From an uncultured Methanotrichaceae archaeon (GTDB lineage Archaea; Halobacteriota; Methanosarcinia; Methanotrichales; Methanotrichaceae), in assembly GCA_964467095.1 (NCBI GenBank), contig CAYXSJ010000003.1, forward strand, positions 1 through 39,528: DNA of 39,528 nucleotides. Reading direction: 5' to 3'. Shown here piece after piece: positions 28,197 to 38,500 of the stretch. The position numbers and the translations under genes are program-made. Within the stretch, counting starts at the first letter, position 1. Every line of letters starts with the position of its first letter. The notes beneath the pieces were generated by a model, which searched no databases, was not told the DNA's origin, and saw nothing but the letters and a program-made list of their open reading frames with translations.

Positions 28197-28618
28197 ACTA
28201 TATTGAGGAGAAGAGTCATACCCTCATTTTTGAAGGAAAAAGGCTGGAACCGGTATCATTAGAGCGAAATATGGTCGGCTTTTGCAGCAAGTGCGAGACC
28301 GATCTGGAGAGCTTGGCTTATCATGGCACAGATTTGTGCTGGCTGGTCTGTGCGTGCTGTCAAAAAGAGCACCTTATTCTGATGCGCTATGACAGACAGT
28401 GGAACTGGCAGGAAGATCTGGATCTGGAGATCTCCAAGGAAAAAGTAAGCATATCCTCAATTGCCAAAGAGAAGCTGGGGGCGGTCTTTACCCAGGCTGA
28501 GATCAGGGACATGCTGGCCTGCCAGCAAGGTCTGCCCTACACCCGGCAAAACCTCTATCGGGCCAGGGCCAAGTATGAGAAATTCGAGAAGCTCTTCGGC
28601 ATAAAAATCGATATTTAG
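28193..28618 (+). CDS. Hypothetical protein with a possible Zn-ribbon (CSKC...CCQKEH)
   Basis: ATGA overlap with dapB; Cys/His pairs in the N-terminal half; helical C-terminal half. Confidence 0.7.
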   Translation: MNYIEEKSHTLIFEGKRLEPVSLERNMVGFCSKCETDLESLAYHGTDLCWLVCACCQKEHLILMRYDRQWNWQEDLDLEISKEKVSISSIAKEKLGAVFTQAEIRDMLACQQGLPYTRQNLYRARAKYEKFEKLFGIKIDI

Positions 28619-28685
28619 ATTTAGAAAATAGAATTAAAAAAAGCTAAAAGATCTTCCTGATCGGCAGCATCGATTTTCGGGATCA

Positions 28686-29540
28686 TTAAGCATTCTTGGC
28701 GCTTTCCACCAATTCGCTGGTGGTAACAAAGCTAGCGCCTTTGCCGGCTGCATATTCTACAAATTTCTTGTAGGCATCCAGGTACTCGTCTGATCCGGAG
28801 ACTGTATTGGTGAAGACAACTACAAGAGGCTCTCCCTTGCTCGCTGACTCATCGAATTTGCTGACGAGAAGACCATACCAGTTGGTGCCGTTCAAGCCTG
28901 CAGCTTTTGCCGACACGTCCTGCATGCGAAATCCCTGGCCTTCGCTAACGGGAACCACATAAAAGGCAAATCCATCCATGAGATACGGCAGTGCTTTGCC
29001 CTGGCTCTCCGGCAGTCCCGTGTCATCTACCAGGTATAACAGTCCCAGATCATCCAGGATCTTGTAGCTGCTCTGGTTAAATGAATCGGGCTGGGGCAGG
29101 TAGCCGGCTACCTTGAACTGCTTTCCTCCGCAGACATAGTCATCTTCAACATATCTCTTGGTCTTGCGCAGCCTTGCATCCTGATCCTCGAAGGAGACCA
29201 ATTCTTCGCCCCCGCTCATACCTCCCATCATCAGTTCATGATTGTCTTTGGAGCCGAGCATAGTGACATAGAGAGGATATATTTTATTGGCAATATCTCC
29301 TGTGACAGATATCGAGACGGCAAGTCCTCTGGAGTCCACCTCATTGAGCAGATTTATGGTGGAGTTCATCTCTAAATTCTCCTTTTCCGCTTGACTCTTT
29401 CCATCTGCCAGGGATGACTCCTCCATTTTTATAATCATGTCCAAAGTGCCAGATCCATCTTTTGCAGCAGCACCTGCAAAAAGAAGCTGTGCCATTAATA
29501 GGGCCAGTCCTACAAAAAACAGCATTCTATTTATATGCAT
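28686..29540 (-). CDS. Secreted polysaccharide-deacetylase (CE4/NodB)-fold protein, apparently lacking catalytic residues
   Basis: Signal peptide; CE4-like pattern (HELMMGG, ILDDLGLLY, LVVVFT, FVEYA..KGASFVTTSEL). Start set at ATG 29540. Confidence 0.6.
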   Translation of the reverse strand: MHINRMLFFVGLALLMAQLLFAGAAAKDGSGTLDMIIKMEESSLADGKSQAEKENLEMNSTINLLNEVDSRGLAVSISVTGDIANKIYPLYVTMLGSKDNHELMMGGMSGGEELVSFEDQDARLRKTKRYVEDDYVCGGKQFKVAGYLPQPDSFNQSSYKILDDLGLLYLVDDTGLPESQGKALPYLMDGFAFYVVPVSEGQGFRMQDVSAKAAGLNGTNWYGLLVSKFDESASKGEPLVVVFTNTVSGSDEYLDAYKKFVEYAAGKGASFVTTSELVESAKNA

Positions 29541-29579
29541 TTTCCACCCACCTATCTGGTTTATTTTAAACATATTATG

Positions 29580-30140
29580 TCTTCAATTGCAAATTAATGC
29601 AAATCTTTTTGAACTCATTGTTCCTTTCAAGCTAATAATACTTGTGGCTGTAATTGGATATAATCGTCGCGCATAAATTTTGATTATAAATTAATATTAT
29701 TACTGAAGCATATTGCAATAAGTCTTTATAAAATAAATATAAAAATTTTGTTTTTGGGAAACACATACGGAATACATATAAGAATTTAACATAAGGAGTT
29801 TAAATATTAATTTAGAAAATATTGAGGTTGTGATGAAATATCAACATACTGAAATTATTATTCTACTAAAATGGAGCAAAAGTTCAAATAGCTAAAGTTT
29901 ATTACCAACAATAAGGTTATCCTAATTTGATCTTTGACAGGATGTATCTAATGCTATTACCGGGGTCGATGAAATAAACGTAAAAAAACAAGAAATAGTC
30001 ACCCATGTAGAATATAAATAAATCGTGATAGTTATGAAAACTATGGGTCTGTTCGATAAAAAGCCCCAGATAGCAATAGAAAAGACGCCTCTAATTAAGA
30101 TAACCGGATGTAAGCCAAGAAAACAGGTATAATGGAGGAA
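29580..30140. promoter_or_regulatory. Very AT-rich divergent promoter region
   Basis: About 560 bp with several TATA-like boxes between divergent genes; GGAGG RBS before 30146. The active box cannot be assigned. Confidence 0.5.
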
Positions 30141-30145
30141 AAATC

Positions 30146-33100
30146 ATGTTATGTCGCGACAAAGCGATCGTTTCAGTAACATTTTTAGCGCTGGTTTACC
30201 TGATGGTAGGATCATCGCTGGGCGTGGTCGCTGCACCGCCTGGTCTTGCCATAAACCAGCTCGTAACCTCTGGACAGACTGTTACCCTTCAAGCTCCCTC
30301 TGGAGATTACCTCTATCAATGGGAGGCGGTGACTGACGGCTCTACCATTGGTGCGGGAACGGCTCAGAAGTTTTCATTTAGCGCTCCCCTGGTATCTCAG
30401 GATGAGGGCTCGAAGGTGGTCACAATCTCGCTGTACATGAGAACCATAGAAGGAGGTTGTGTCAACCAAACGAGTACTGATATTAGTGTATATTCCCTGC
30501 CGGTTTGCGGCATAGGTGGACCCGAGCAAGTCGGTCCTTATACTGCCGCCACTTACAGCTACACAGGCGGCACAAGTGGCAAACTGACATTTGAGTGGAG
30601 TGTTGACGGCAAGAAGATAAATGGAGCCACTGGGCCCAATGTCGATATCGATTGGTCACAATACGATGTAATCAATCACACCATTGGAATGACCTTAACC
30701 AGGGATTACTCTGATGTGGCCCCCGGTTCAACCAATCCCTTCCGGAGCATTAGCTGCACCTTCCGGACAAATGTGACCTACACAGCTGGATTGGTGGTAG
30801 AGAAGACCGCCTCGGCAACTACTGCATCAGTAGGTGAGGATGTTACCTATACCTATACCGTCCGAAATACAGGAACAATCGGCATAAACTCTTTGGCCCT
30901 GAAGGATAACAAGCTCGGTGAAGTCAAGCTTGATGCCAATACTCTAATGCCGGGGACGACAGCCACGGCAACAAGCACTTACACCATCAAAGAGACCGAT
31001 CTGCCAGGCCCCCTCAACAACACAGTGGTTGCTTCAGGCGTTGAGGATAGGACTAAGAAACCGATTAGTGCAACAGCCAATGCAAGCGTGGCTCTGACCT
31101 ATAATGCGGCCTTGAGTCTGACTAAAGAGCCCTCTTCTGCCTCGGCCAGTGTGGGCGATACGGTGACCTACAAGTTTACTGTGAAGAACACCGGAGTCGT
31201 CACAATAAAAGACCTGAACCTGACGGATGACAAGCTTGGAACCATAAAGGCCGACAAAAAGGACCTGGCTCCAGGAGATGTTGCATCGGCCTATGCGACC
31301 CACGTCATCTTGGAGAGCGATCTGCCCGGACCTCTGACCAACGTGGCCACCATTAGAGGCACTGATAGCCAGAACAAGCCGGTTACGACAACAGCCACTG
31401 CATCTATTGCTCTGACCTATACCTCCGGGCTTGCCGTAACCAAGACCGCATCGTCTGATACCGCTAAGGTAGGCGATACTGTAACTTACCAATTCAGCGT
31501 GAAGAATAACGGTTCGGTCACAGTAAACGGACTGGCTCTGACGGATGACAAGCTGGGCGCCATCACCCTGGACCGGAATTCTCTGGCCCCTGGCGAGACT
31601 GCTACGGGATCAGCGACGCACAAAGTCGTCGAGGCAGATCTGCCCGGCCCGTTGACCAATGTGGCTTCGGCCTCGGGCACAGACAGCCAGGGCGCAGCGG
31701 TCACGGCACAGGCCACGGCCACCGTCAAGCTTTCTTACACCGCCACCCTGCAAGTAACCAAGACTCCTTCATCCCAAACGGCAAACGTGGGAGAGACAGT
31801 CACCTATCAATTCCTGGTAAAGAACACGGGATCGGTTACTATCAATGCTCTGGACCTCACGGACGATAAGCTTGGTTCAATTGCCCTGAACAAGACCTCT
31901 CTGCCACCGGGCGAGACGGCCACGGGATCGGCGGCGCACATTGTCGTCGAGACGGATCTGCCCGGCCCGTTGACCAATGTGGCATCGGCCTCGGGCACGG
32001 ACAGCCAGGGCGCAGCGGTCACGGCACAGGCCACGGCAACGGTAAAGCTTACCTACGCCGCCGCTCTGCAGGTGACCAAGACACCATCAGCGAGCACGGC
32101 TGCCATAGGAGAGACCATAACCTACCAGTTCTCCGTGAAGAACACAGGGAATGTAACCATAGATGCTCTGACCCTCACGGATGACAAGCTGGGCGACATC
32201 ACCTTGAATGCAGCCCTGCTGGCTCCGGGCGAGACCGCAACGGGATCGGCGACGCACAAAGTAATCGAGACGGATCTGCCCGGACCCCTGACCAACGTCG
32301 CCGTTGCCAAAGGTACAGACAGCCAGGGCAAAGCAGTCACCGCTCAGGCTAAGGCTGCCGTAGAGCTTACCTACACAGCCACAATGGAAGTTGCCAAGTC
32401 TCCATCTGTTGCTGCGGCCAGTGTGGGGGAGAGCGTTACCTACACCTATACAGTGAGAAACACGGGAACGGTTACCCTCAAAGGACTGACATTGTCTGAC
32501 GACAAGCTCAAAGGCATCAAAGTGGACAAAGATACACTGGCACCAGGCGAGACTGCCACAGGATCGGCAACTTACATCGTCCTCGAGGCTGATCTGCCTG
32601 GGCCGTTGACCAATGTCGCAACTGCTACAGTCAAGGATACCACAGGCAAGACAGTTACTGCTCAAGCCACGGCATCTGTGCAATTGAGCTACAACGCAGC
32701 CATGGAGATTTCCAAGGCACCATCGTCGACAACCGCTGCAGTAGGTGAGACGATAACCTACAGCTACATAGTGAGGAACACTGGATCGGTAACCATCAAT
32801 GATCTGGCTCTTAATGACGACAAGCTGGGTGAGATAAAGATTAACAAGAATAAGCTGGCAGCAGGCGAGACTGCCACAGGATCTGCAACGCACATCGTCG
32901 TTGAGTCTGATCTGCCCGGACCCCTGACCAATGTCGTCACAGGCACAGCTACGGACAGCCAGGGACAGCCGATTACTGCCACGGCAACGGCCTATGTGCA
33001 GTTGACCTATACTGCTGCCCTGACAGTCACAAAGGAGCCCTCCACCAAGTCCGCTGGCATCGGTGATCCGGTAATCTACAAGTTCATCGTAAAGAACACG

Positions 33101-34228
33101 GGAAGTGTAACCATCAACAGCCTGACCCTGGCGGATGACAAGCTGGGCGACATCAAGCTGGAAAAGGATACACTGGCACCCGGCGAGACTGCGGAAGCAT
33201 CAATTGAACACATCGTCGTCGAATCTGATCTGCCAGGCCCGCTGGTCAACGTGGTCACCGCTTCGGCCAGGGACAGCCAGGGACAGCCGGTCACAACTTC
33301 TGCCACAGCCTCTGTAGAGCTGACCTATACCGCGGCCTTGGAGATGACCAAGGTAGCTTCGCCATCTTCCGCAAAAGTAGGCGAGATGGTAACCTATACC
33401 TATACCATAAATAACCGCGGAAAGGTTACAATCCGCGATTTGAGCCTCACGGACGATAAGCTGGGCACAGTCATCTTAGAGCAAAACTCTGTGGCACCGG
33501 ATGGAACAGTTGCAGGAAAAGCGACTTACACCATCCTCGCAGAAGATGTACCGGGTCCGGTAATCAATAACGCCCTGGTGGAGGGCAAAGATCCGGCGGG
33601 CGTCAGCGTCAGCGCCAAGGCAACGGCCTCTGTAACCATAACCAGAGACCCCATCACTCCGGAGCTGACCTGCGTTGCCATCAATGAAGACGGCACATAT
33701 ACGGCATTCTTCGGCTACAACAACCCGAACAGCTATCCAGTCACCATTGAAGTTGGAAAGGATAACCGGTTCACTCCGCCTCCAGACGGCCAGGGACAGC
33801 CCATCACCTTTGATCCAGGACGGCAGACCGCGGTCTTTGCTGTCGTATCCGATAGCAATGCCCTGGTCTGGCATCTGGACGGCAAGATTGCCGAAGCAAA
33901 CAAGAATTCCGGCGGATGTTCCCAGGCGGAATGCAGCCTGGATGGGCCTTCTGCCCTCTGCAGGAATAAGGTGGAGACCTATAGCTACATCGGAAAAGAG
34001 GACCCACAATTCACGCAGAACTACGCATGGTCTATGGCTGACAAACCCTTGGGCGAAGGCAAGAGCATTGACATCTCTGGAAACGACTTCGAGATGGGTG
34101 AATACAAGCTCAACCTGCTGGTAACCAGATATTACAGAGAAATGGTTTGGTCCAGCACAGAATGCAGCATGGATATAAAGGTCATACCGGAGCCCTCTGC
34201 GGACATATCCATGGAGGAGGAGGGTTAA
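30146..34228 (+). CDS. Secreted surface protein: two Ig/PKD-like domains, nine DUF11/DUF7507-type repeats, a Cys-flanked module and a C-terminal Ig-like domain
   Basis: Signal peptide; nine repeats of L..TK...A.VG..VTY.F.VKNTG.VT...L.LTDDKLG.....LAPGE......DLPGPLTN.A; no C-terminal TM helix. Confidence 0.9.
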   Translation: MLCRDKAIVSVTFLALVYLMVGSSLGVVAAPPGLAINQLVTSGQTVTLQAPSGDYLYQWEAVTDGSTIGAGTAQKFSFSAPLVSQDEGSKVVTISLYMRTIEGGCVNQTSTDISVYSLPVCGIGGPEQVGPYTAATYSYTGGTSGKLTFEWSVDGKKINGATGPNVDIDWSQYDVINHTIGMTLTRDYSDVAPGSTNPFRSISCTFRTNVTYTAGLVVEKTASATTASVGEDVTYTYTVRNTGTIGINSLALKDNKLGEVKLDANTLMPGTTATATSTYTIKETDLPGPLNNTVVASGVEDRTKKPISATANASVALTYNAALSLTKEPSSASASVGDTVTYKFTVKNTGVVTIKDLNLTDDKLGTIKADKKDLAPGDVASAYATHVILESDLPGPLTNVATIRGTDSQNKPVTTTATASIALTYTSGLAVTKTASSDTAKVGDTVTYQFSVKNNGSVTVNGLALTDDKLGAITLDRNSLAPGETATGSATHKVVEADLPGPLTNVASASGTDSQGAAVTAQATATVKLSYTATLQVTKTPSSQTANVGETVTYQFLVKNTGSVTINALDLTDDKLGSIALNKTSLPPGETATGSAAHIVVETDLPGPLTNVASASGTDSQGAAVTAQATATVKLTYAAALQVTKTPSASTAAIGETITYQFSVKNTGNVTIDALTLTDDKLGDITLNAALLAPGETATGSATHKVIETDLPGPLTNVAVAKGTDSQGKAVTAQAKAAVELTYTATMEVAKSPSVAAASVGESVTYTYTVRNTGTVTLKGLTLSDDKLKGIKVDKDTLAPGETATGSATYIVLEADLPGPLTNVATATVKDTTGKTVTAQATASVQLSYNAAMEISKAPSSTTAAVGETITYSYIVRNTGSVTINDLALNDDKLGEIKINKNKLAAGETATGSATHIVVESDLPGPLTNVVTGTATDSQGQPITATATAYVQLTYTAALTVTKEPSTKSAGIGDPVIYKFIVKNTGSVTINSLTLADDKLGDIKLEKDTLAPGETAEASIEHIVVESDLPGPLVNVVTASARDSQGQPVTTSATASVELTYTAALEMTKVASPSSAKVGEMVTYTYTINNRGKVTIRDLSLTDDKLGTVILEQNSVAPDGTVAGKATYTILAEDVPGPVINNALVEGKDPAGVSVSAKATASVTITRDPITPELTCVAINEDGTYTAFFGYNNPNSYPVTIEVGKDNRFTPPPDGQGQPITFDPGRQTAVFAVVSDSNALVWHLDGKIAEANKNSGGCSQAECSLDGPSALCRNKVETYSYIGKEDPQFTQNYAWSMADKPLGEGKSIDISGNDFEMGEYKLNLLVTRYYREMVWSSTECSMDIKVIPEPSADISMEEEG
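30779..33640 (+). repeat. Nine tandem repeats of about 318 bp (106 aa)
   Basis: Period 318 bp; 31637-31719 and 31955-32037 differ at 2 positions. Confidence 0.92.
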
Positions 34229-34251
34229 AAAAGAGCTAATGATGCGACTGA

Positions 34252-34290
34252 GCACCTGAGCCATTTCGCCCAGGTGCGAACATTTTTATT
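34252..34290 (+). terminator. Hairpin plus T-tract after the 1360-aa gene
   Basis: gcacctgagc-catttc-gcccaggtgc, then gaacatttttatt. Confidence 0.5.
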
Positions 34291-34452
34291 ATTAAAATCG
34301 AATACGACAAGACATTTAATTAATTGTTAATCTATTATTATTTACAGCCAATTAAAAGCTTATGGACTATGAACAGCATAGAAATATATACGAAGATCTG
34401 CAATACTGAGAAAAAATAAGTAGAATCAGTTAATATCTTGCATAGGTGAAAT

Positions 34453-35529
34453 ATGGCTAAGATTTGGATCCGCATTTCATGTCTCATTCTTCTTGCTCTG
34501 ATCATGCAGCCCGCCATCTCCGAGGACTGGCCAGGCTGCAAGTTCCAGTGCCGGGCCAACGATGTAACTGTATCCAGGCTGTGGCTCGGAGATGATCGGG
34601 GAGAAGATCAGCTCTCTGGAGTGGCTGGTGAAAAGCAATCCTGTTATCTTTGGGCCACATTTCATAATAACGCCAACACGCCTCGATACGCAGCAATCCT
34701 GCTGGCCGATCTGTACCTCAATGGCACATTAAGCCGATCTTTTTATGAAAGTGGACTATGCGTCCTGGACAAAATAGAAGCAAAGTCCACAATCAACTAT
34801 CCCCTCTGCAATCTGATCTGGACGACTGGTGAGGAGATAATGCTCAAAAGGCTTGTGCTGAGCTGGGAGACGGCCAAAGGCACAAGCTGCAGCCGGGCCA
34901 GCCGCAAGTGCAGCAATCGCAATACAAAGTGCTATGGAAGCCAGGAGACTGAGTTTCTGGCAGAGACGCCTCTTTCTGCCTCCTTTGCCGAGGATCTGCA
35001 GGATTGCTCCGGGATGGCCAATTTCTTTGACCGGACGGCAGGAGGAATTGGACCATATGCCTACGATTGGGATTTTGATGACGGATTTCATAGCACGGAA
35101 AAGAATCCGATTCACACTTACGACCGTCCGGGAAACTACACCGTGAGATTGCTGGCAAGAGATCGATCCGGAAAGGAGGCTTCCGCCAGCCGGATGCTTG
35201 AGGTTAATATCTGTCTTTGCACTATTTCCGGCCAGGATCATGCATGTCTAGGAAAGACCGAAACCTACAAAGCCACTATATCCGGCTCTATTCCGGGCTC
35301 AATTCAATGGCGTCTGGATGGAAGAGAGATCGATGAGAAAGTGTCGTGGGAGGATTCGTTTGAAGAAGGCAGCATAGATATTGATTGGCAGGATTTTGGG
35401 CTGGGCCAGCATGATCTACAGGTTTATGTGACTGATGCAAAATCCGGGAACGGCCCGAAACAGTTGGCGTGCAATATGACTATAACCGTTCTCCCAATGC
35501 CGGTGGCAACAATTAACATGGTAGCGTGA
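34453..35529 (+). CDS. Secreted protein: Cys-rich N-terminal domain, PKD domain and C-terminal Ig-like domain
   Basis: Signal peptide; PKD motif YDWDFDDG..STEKNPIHTY..PGNYTV.L; AGGTGA RBS. Confidence 0.85.
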   Translation: MAKIWIRISCLILLALIMQPAISEDWPGCKFQCRANDVTVSRLWLGDDRGEDQLSGVAGEKQSCYLWATFHNNANTPRYAAILLADLYLNGTLSRSFYESGLCVLDKIEAKSTINYPLCNLIWTTGEEIMLKRLVLSWETAKGTSCSRASRKCSNRNTKCYGSQETEFLAETPLSASFAEDLQDCSGMANFFDRTAGGIGPYAYDWDFDDGFHSTEKNPIHTYDRPGNYTVRLLARDRSGKEASASRMLEVNICLCTISGQDHACLGKTETYKATISGSIPGSIQWRLDGREIDEKVSWEDSFEEGSIDIDWQDFGLGQHDLQVYVTDAKSGNGPKQLACNMTITVLPMPVATINMVA

Positions 35530-35535
35530 GATTGA

Positions 35536-38500
35536 TTGAGAAAATGTTCCAACTCATCTAGGCATTTTGCGCAGGCATGGCTCATTGAAAAGGCATTTGT
35601 CATATTAGCGCTAGCTGGATTGATTCTCTTATTTTTTAGCAGCGCTGCCTTTGCGGCTGCGATGGAAAAAGAGGTGCAGTCCGGGAGCATTTTCAATTTT
35701 GTAGCCCGGAATATCTCTCAAGAAGATGTGTCATTCGAGTGGAAAGCATCTGATGGCAGCCCAACAAGCTCTAGGGGAAGATCTCTACGATGGACGGCAC
35801 CGACGGTTGATTCACCAAAGAACGTAGTCATATTGTTATCTTTGACCAATTCATATGGTTGCAGCCAAGATTATACTAATCGTATTAATATTCGTGTGGT
35901 CCCTAAACCGGTGGCCAAGATAGAATTGAAAAAAGAGTGCCTATTCACGGCTCCCGTCAGGATAGGAGACTATGTAGTATACACTTATAACGTAACAAAT
36001 CAGGGAAATCAGCCTCTGGAAGACTTGAATCTCACCGACCTGCAGAACTGGGGACCAAATTGCCTGCCAGGTTATAGAAGAGGAGATGATGGAAATGATG
36101 TGCTTGATCCAGGAGAATCATGGTGGTATGAATACCGTTATCCTGTTCCAGATCCATCCGATTATCCCATGCTTTCTATCATGGAAAGCAAGAAAAGTTC
36201 CACACAGTTGTCAGAGACTATACAAAAGCTGATGGAAAAGAAGATTCGCCTGGAGATTGTAATGGAGAACTTGCGTAGATATGCAAATCAATTCGATATG
36301 CTTGCCTCCGACCAGGTCACGAGCCATGAAATCCGGGGAGGGTTAAACTATACATTTTACAACTACAGCAATGAAGTGACGGGCGAATCCTTCAGTAAAA
36401 TAGTTGATTTTAAAGGCAATCTGAATAAAACCATTTATGGGGATCCACTCACTGGTGCTGTGTTGACTGTGCAATATGACGAATTCGGCAAGATCCTCTC
36501 TGAAGAACTCTATTACCCCCCACCAAGGAGCAAAGAGTACCTCAAAATAGAGTACGATTTGCCTGCCAGGGGATATAAGACCATTACCATTATCGATTAT
36601 AGCTCCGGAGATACACTCGTATTGATTGTAGACGGCAGAGGAAATATTTTGAGCAAGGAGTATAAAATAACTCCCGGATATAAACCCTACCTGGAGAAAT
36701 ATTTCCTTAAGAATACAGCCACAGTGACGGCTAAGACCAGAGACGGAAAGATGGTATCCGATTCGGATTCATTCACTTTGGAGGTCTTCTCGCCTCTGCC
36801 TATTCTGAGGATTACCAAGACTGCAGAACCAGATCCTGTGAATCCGGGCGGCATCTTGAACTATTCTATCGTTTACGAAAATATTGGAGGCGCAGATGCC
36901 CACGATGTGGTGCTGCAGGAAACCTACAACAAGAGCCTGGCTTTCTTGTGGTCGGACAGGGCCCCAAGCTCAGGGACGGTGGATAGATGGAATTTGGGAG
37001 ACCTTGCGGTTGGAGAATCCGGCCAGATAAGGATACAGACGTTGGTAAGCCCCTCCATAGTACCCGGCTCCCAGATAACAAATCAGGCGAAACTGGAGTG
37101 CAAGGAGTCTTCCTGGGCAATGGTGATGATCAATACCACCGTCGCTGAGGCAGTTCTGAATATCAGCAAGACTGCTTCTGTGGATATCATCCAGCCAGGC
37201 GGGAATCTGACGTACACCATAAAATACCGAAATGAGGGTTCGGTAAAGCAGACCAATGTTACAATACATGATTGGCTGGATGCAAACGTCATCCTGGATG
37301 CCGATAATTCTCGATCAGATCCAATTCTGCTCAAAAACGGCAGCCATGGAAATTATCTCTGGTGGTACCGGGGGGATTTGGATCCGGGTGAATATGGCAC
37401 AATAACGATAAGAGCAAAGGTGAAGGACAAAGATGCTTTCAAGGGAAACGTCACATCCGTAATCAACACATATCGAATAAATTCATCTCAGATCGAGGGG
37501 AAAAAGGCAACTTTCGAGACCATCGTCGTTCTGCTTCATTCTCTCTGGATCAATAAGAAGGCAGATAAGAGCGACTACAACCGGGAAGAGAACATTACTT
37601 ACACTATTAATTATGGAAATACTGCCCCTTTTCCTGCAGATAATGTATCTGTTACCGACCTTCTTCCGAAGGTTGATCTGATCAGCGCGTCTCCTCCGCC
37701 CAACCCGGGTTTGAGCAACGGCAGTGTTCTGAATTGGACAATTGGATCTCTGGCCGTAAATGAAACAGGAACCATAAAAATAATAGTACAGATACCTAAG
37801 AAAGCAAGGGCAAAATTTGATGAGACCTCTTTCGTCCAGGGCGAAGGTTACGTTTATGTCAGGAAAGGGCTTTCTACTGAGGAAAAAAAAGAATCGCTCA
37901 TAAATAGAGCCACAATATCAGGAGACTATGGCAAAAGTCGCATTCCTCCGTCCTCGTGCACCTCAACCGTCACTATTCTCGGATGGGCCGGCACCAGGAT
38001 GACTTCAATTGAGCATGGAAGCGGCCATTACGAAGAGGAGGCTAAGAGCAGCCTTTGCCAGGAGAATAAAAGTATAAGCCTGGACAAGGATATCTTTGCC
38101 AAATACAGAAAAGCTACATTTTCCCTGCCTGCAAACAGGAGCCTTAATTACAATTCCCTGTGGTCGGATTTTACAATGACAGAGAATAAGATTCTGGGCG
38201 ACGTGATTGGTGAAAAATTCCTGTACATGGATACTCTGAACAAGAGCAGCTCTTTTCTGGCAGATATGAACCAGACGGTATATAAATCGGAGGCAGATTT
38301 CAACTCCGGCATGGCTCAGATCAGCTATAAAAAGCACGACCTCGACAAAAGAGCTGCCGTCTTGGAGATCGATGAAAATTATCATGGCAGCTTCAGAGTT
38401 GCGGAGGCTGTAGACTCTTACGGGGAGAGCGTCAAATTCTCCAAATCGGGCATTGGAAAGGGATTTGTCTCATCCGATAAACGGGCAAAAGGGCGGCAAA

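Noticed and set aside
30779-33640. CRISPR array or DGR-like repeats
   Set aside because: The repeats are in-frame protein domains with synonymous divergence. There is no repeat-spacer pattern, cas gene or reverse transcriptase.
34234-34262. C/D-box sRNA or fluoride riboswitch (GCTAATGATG...CTGA...CTGA)
   Set aside because: Box C is imperfect, the boxes are too close to hold guides, and the upstream riboswitch stem is missing. A terminator hairpin explains the region.
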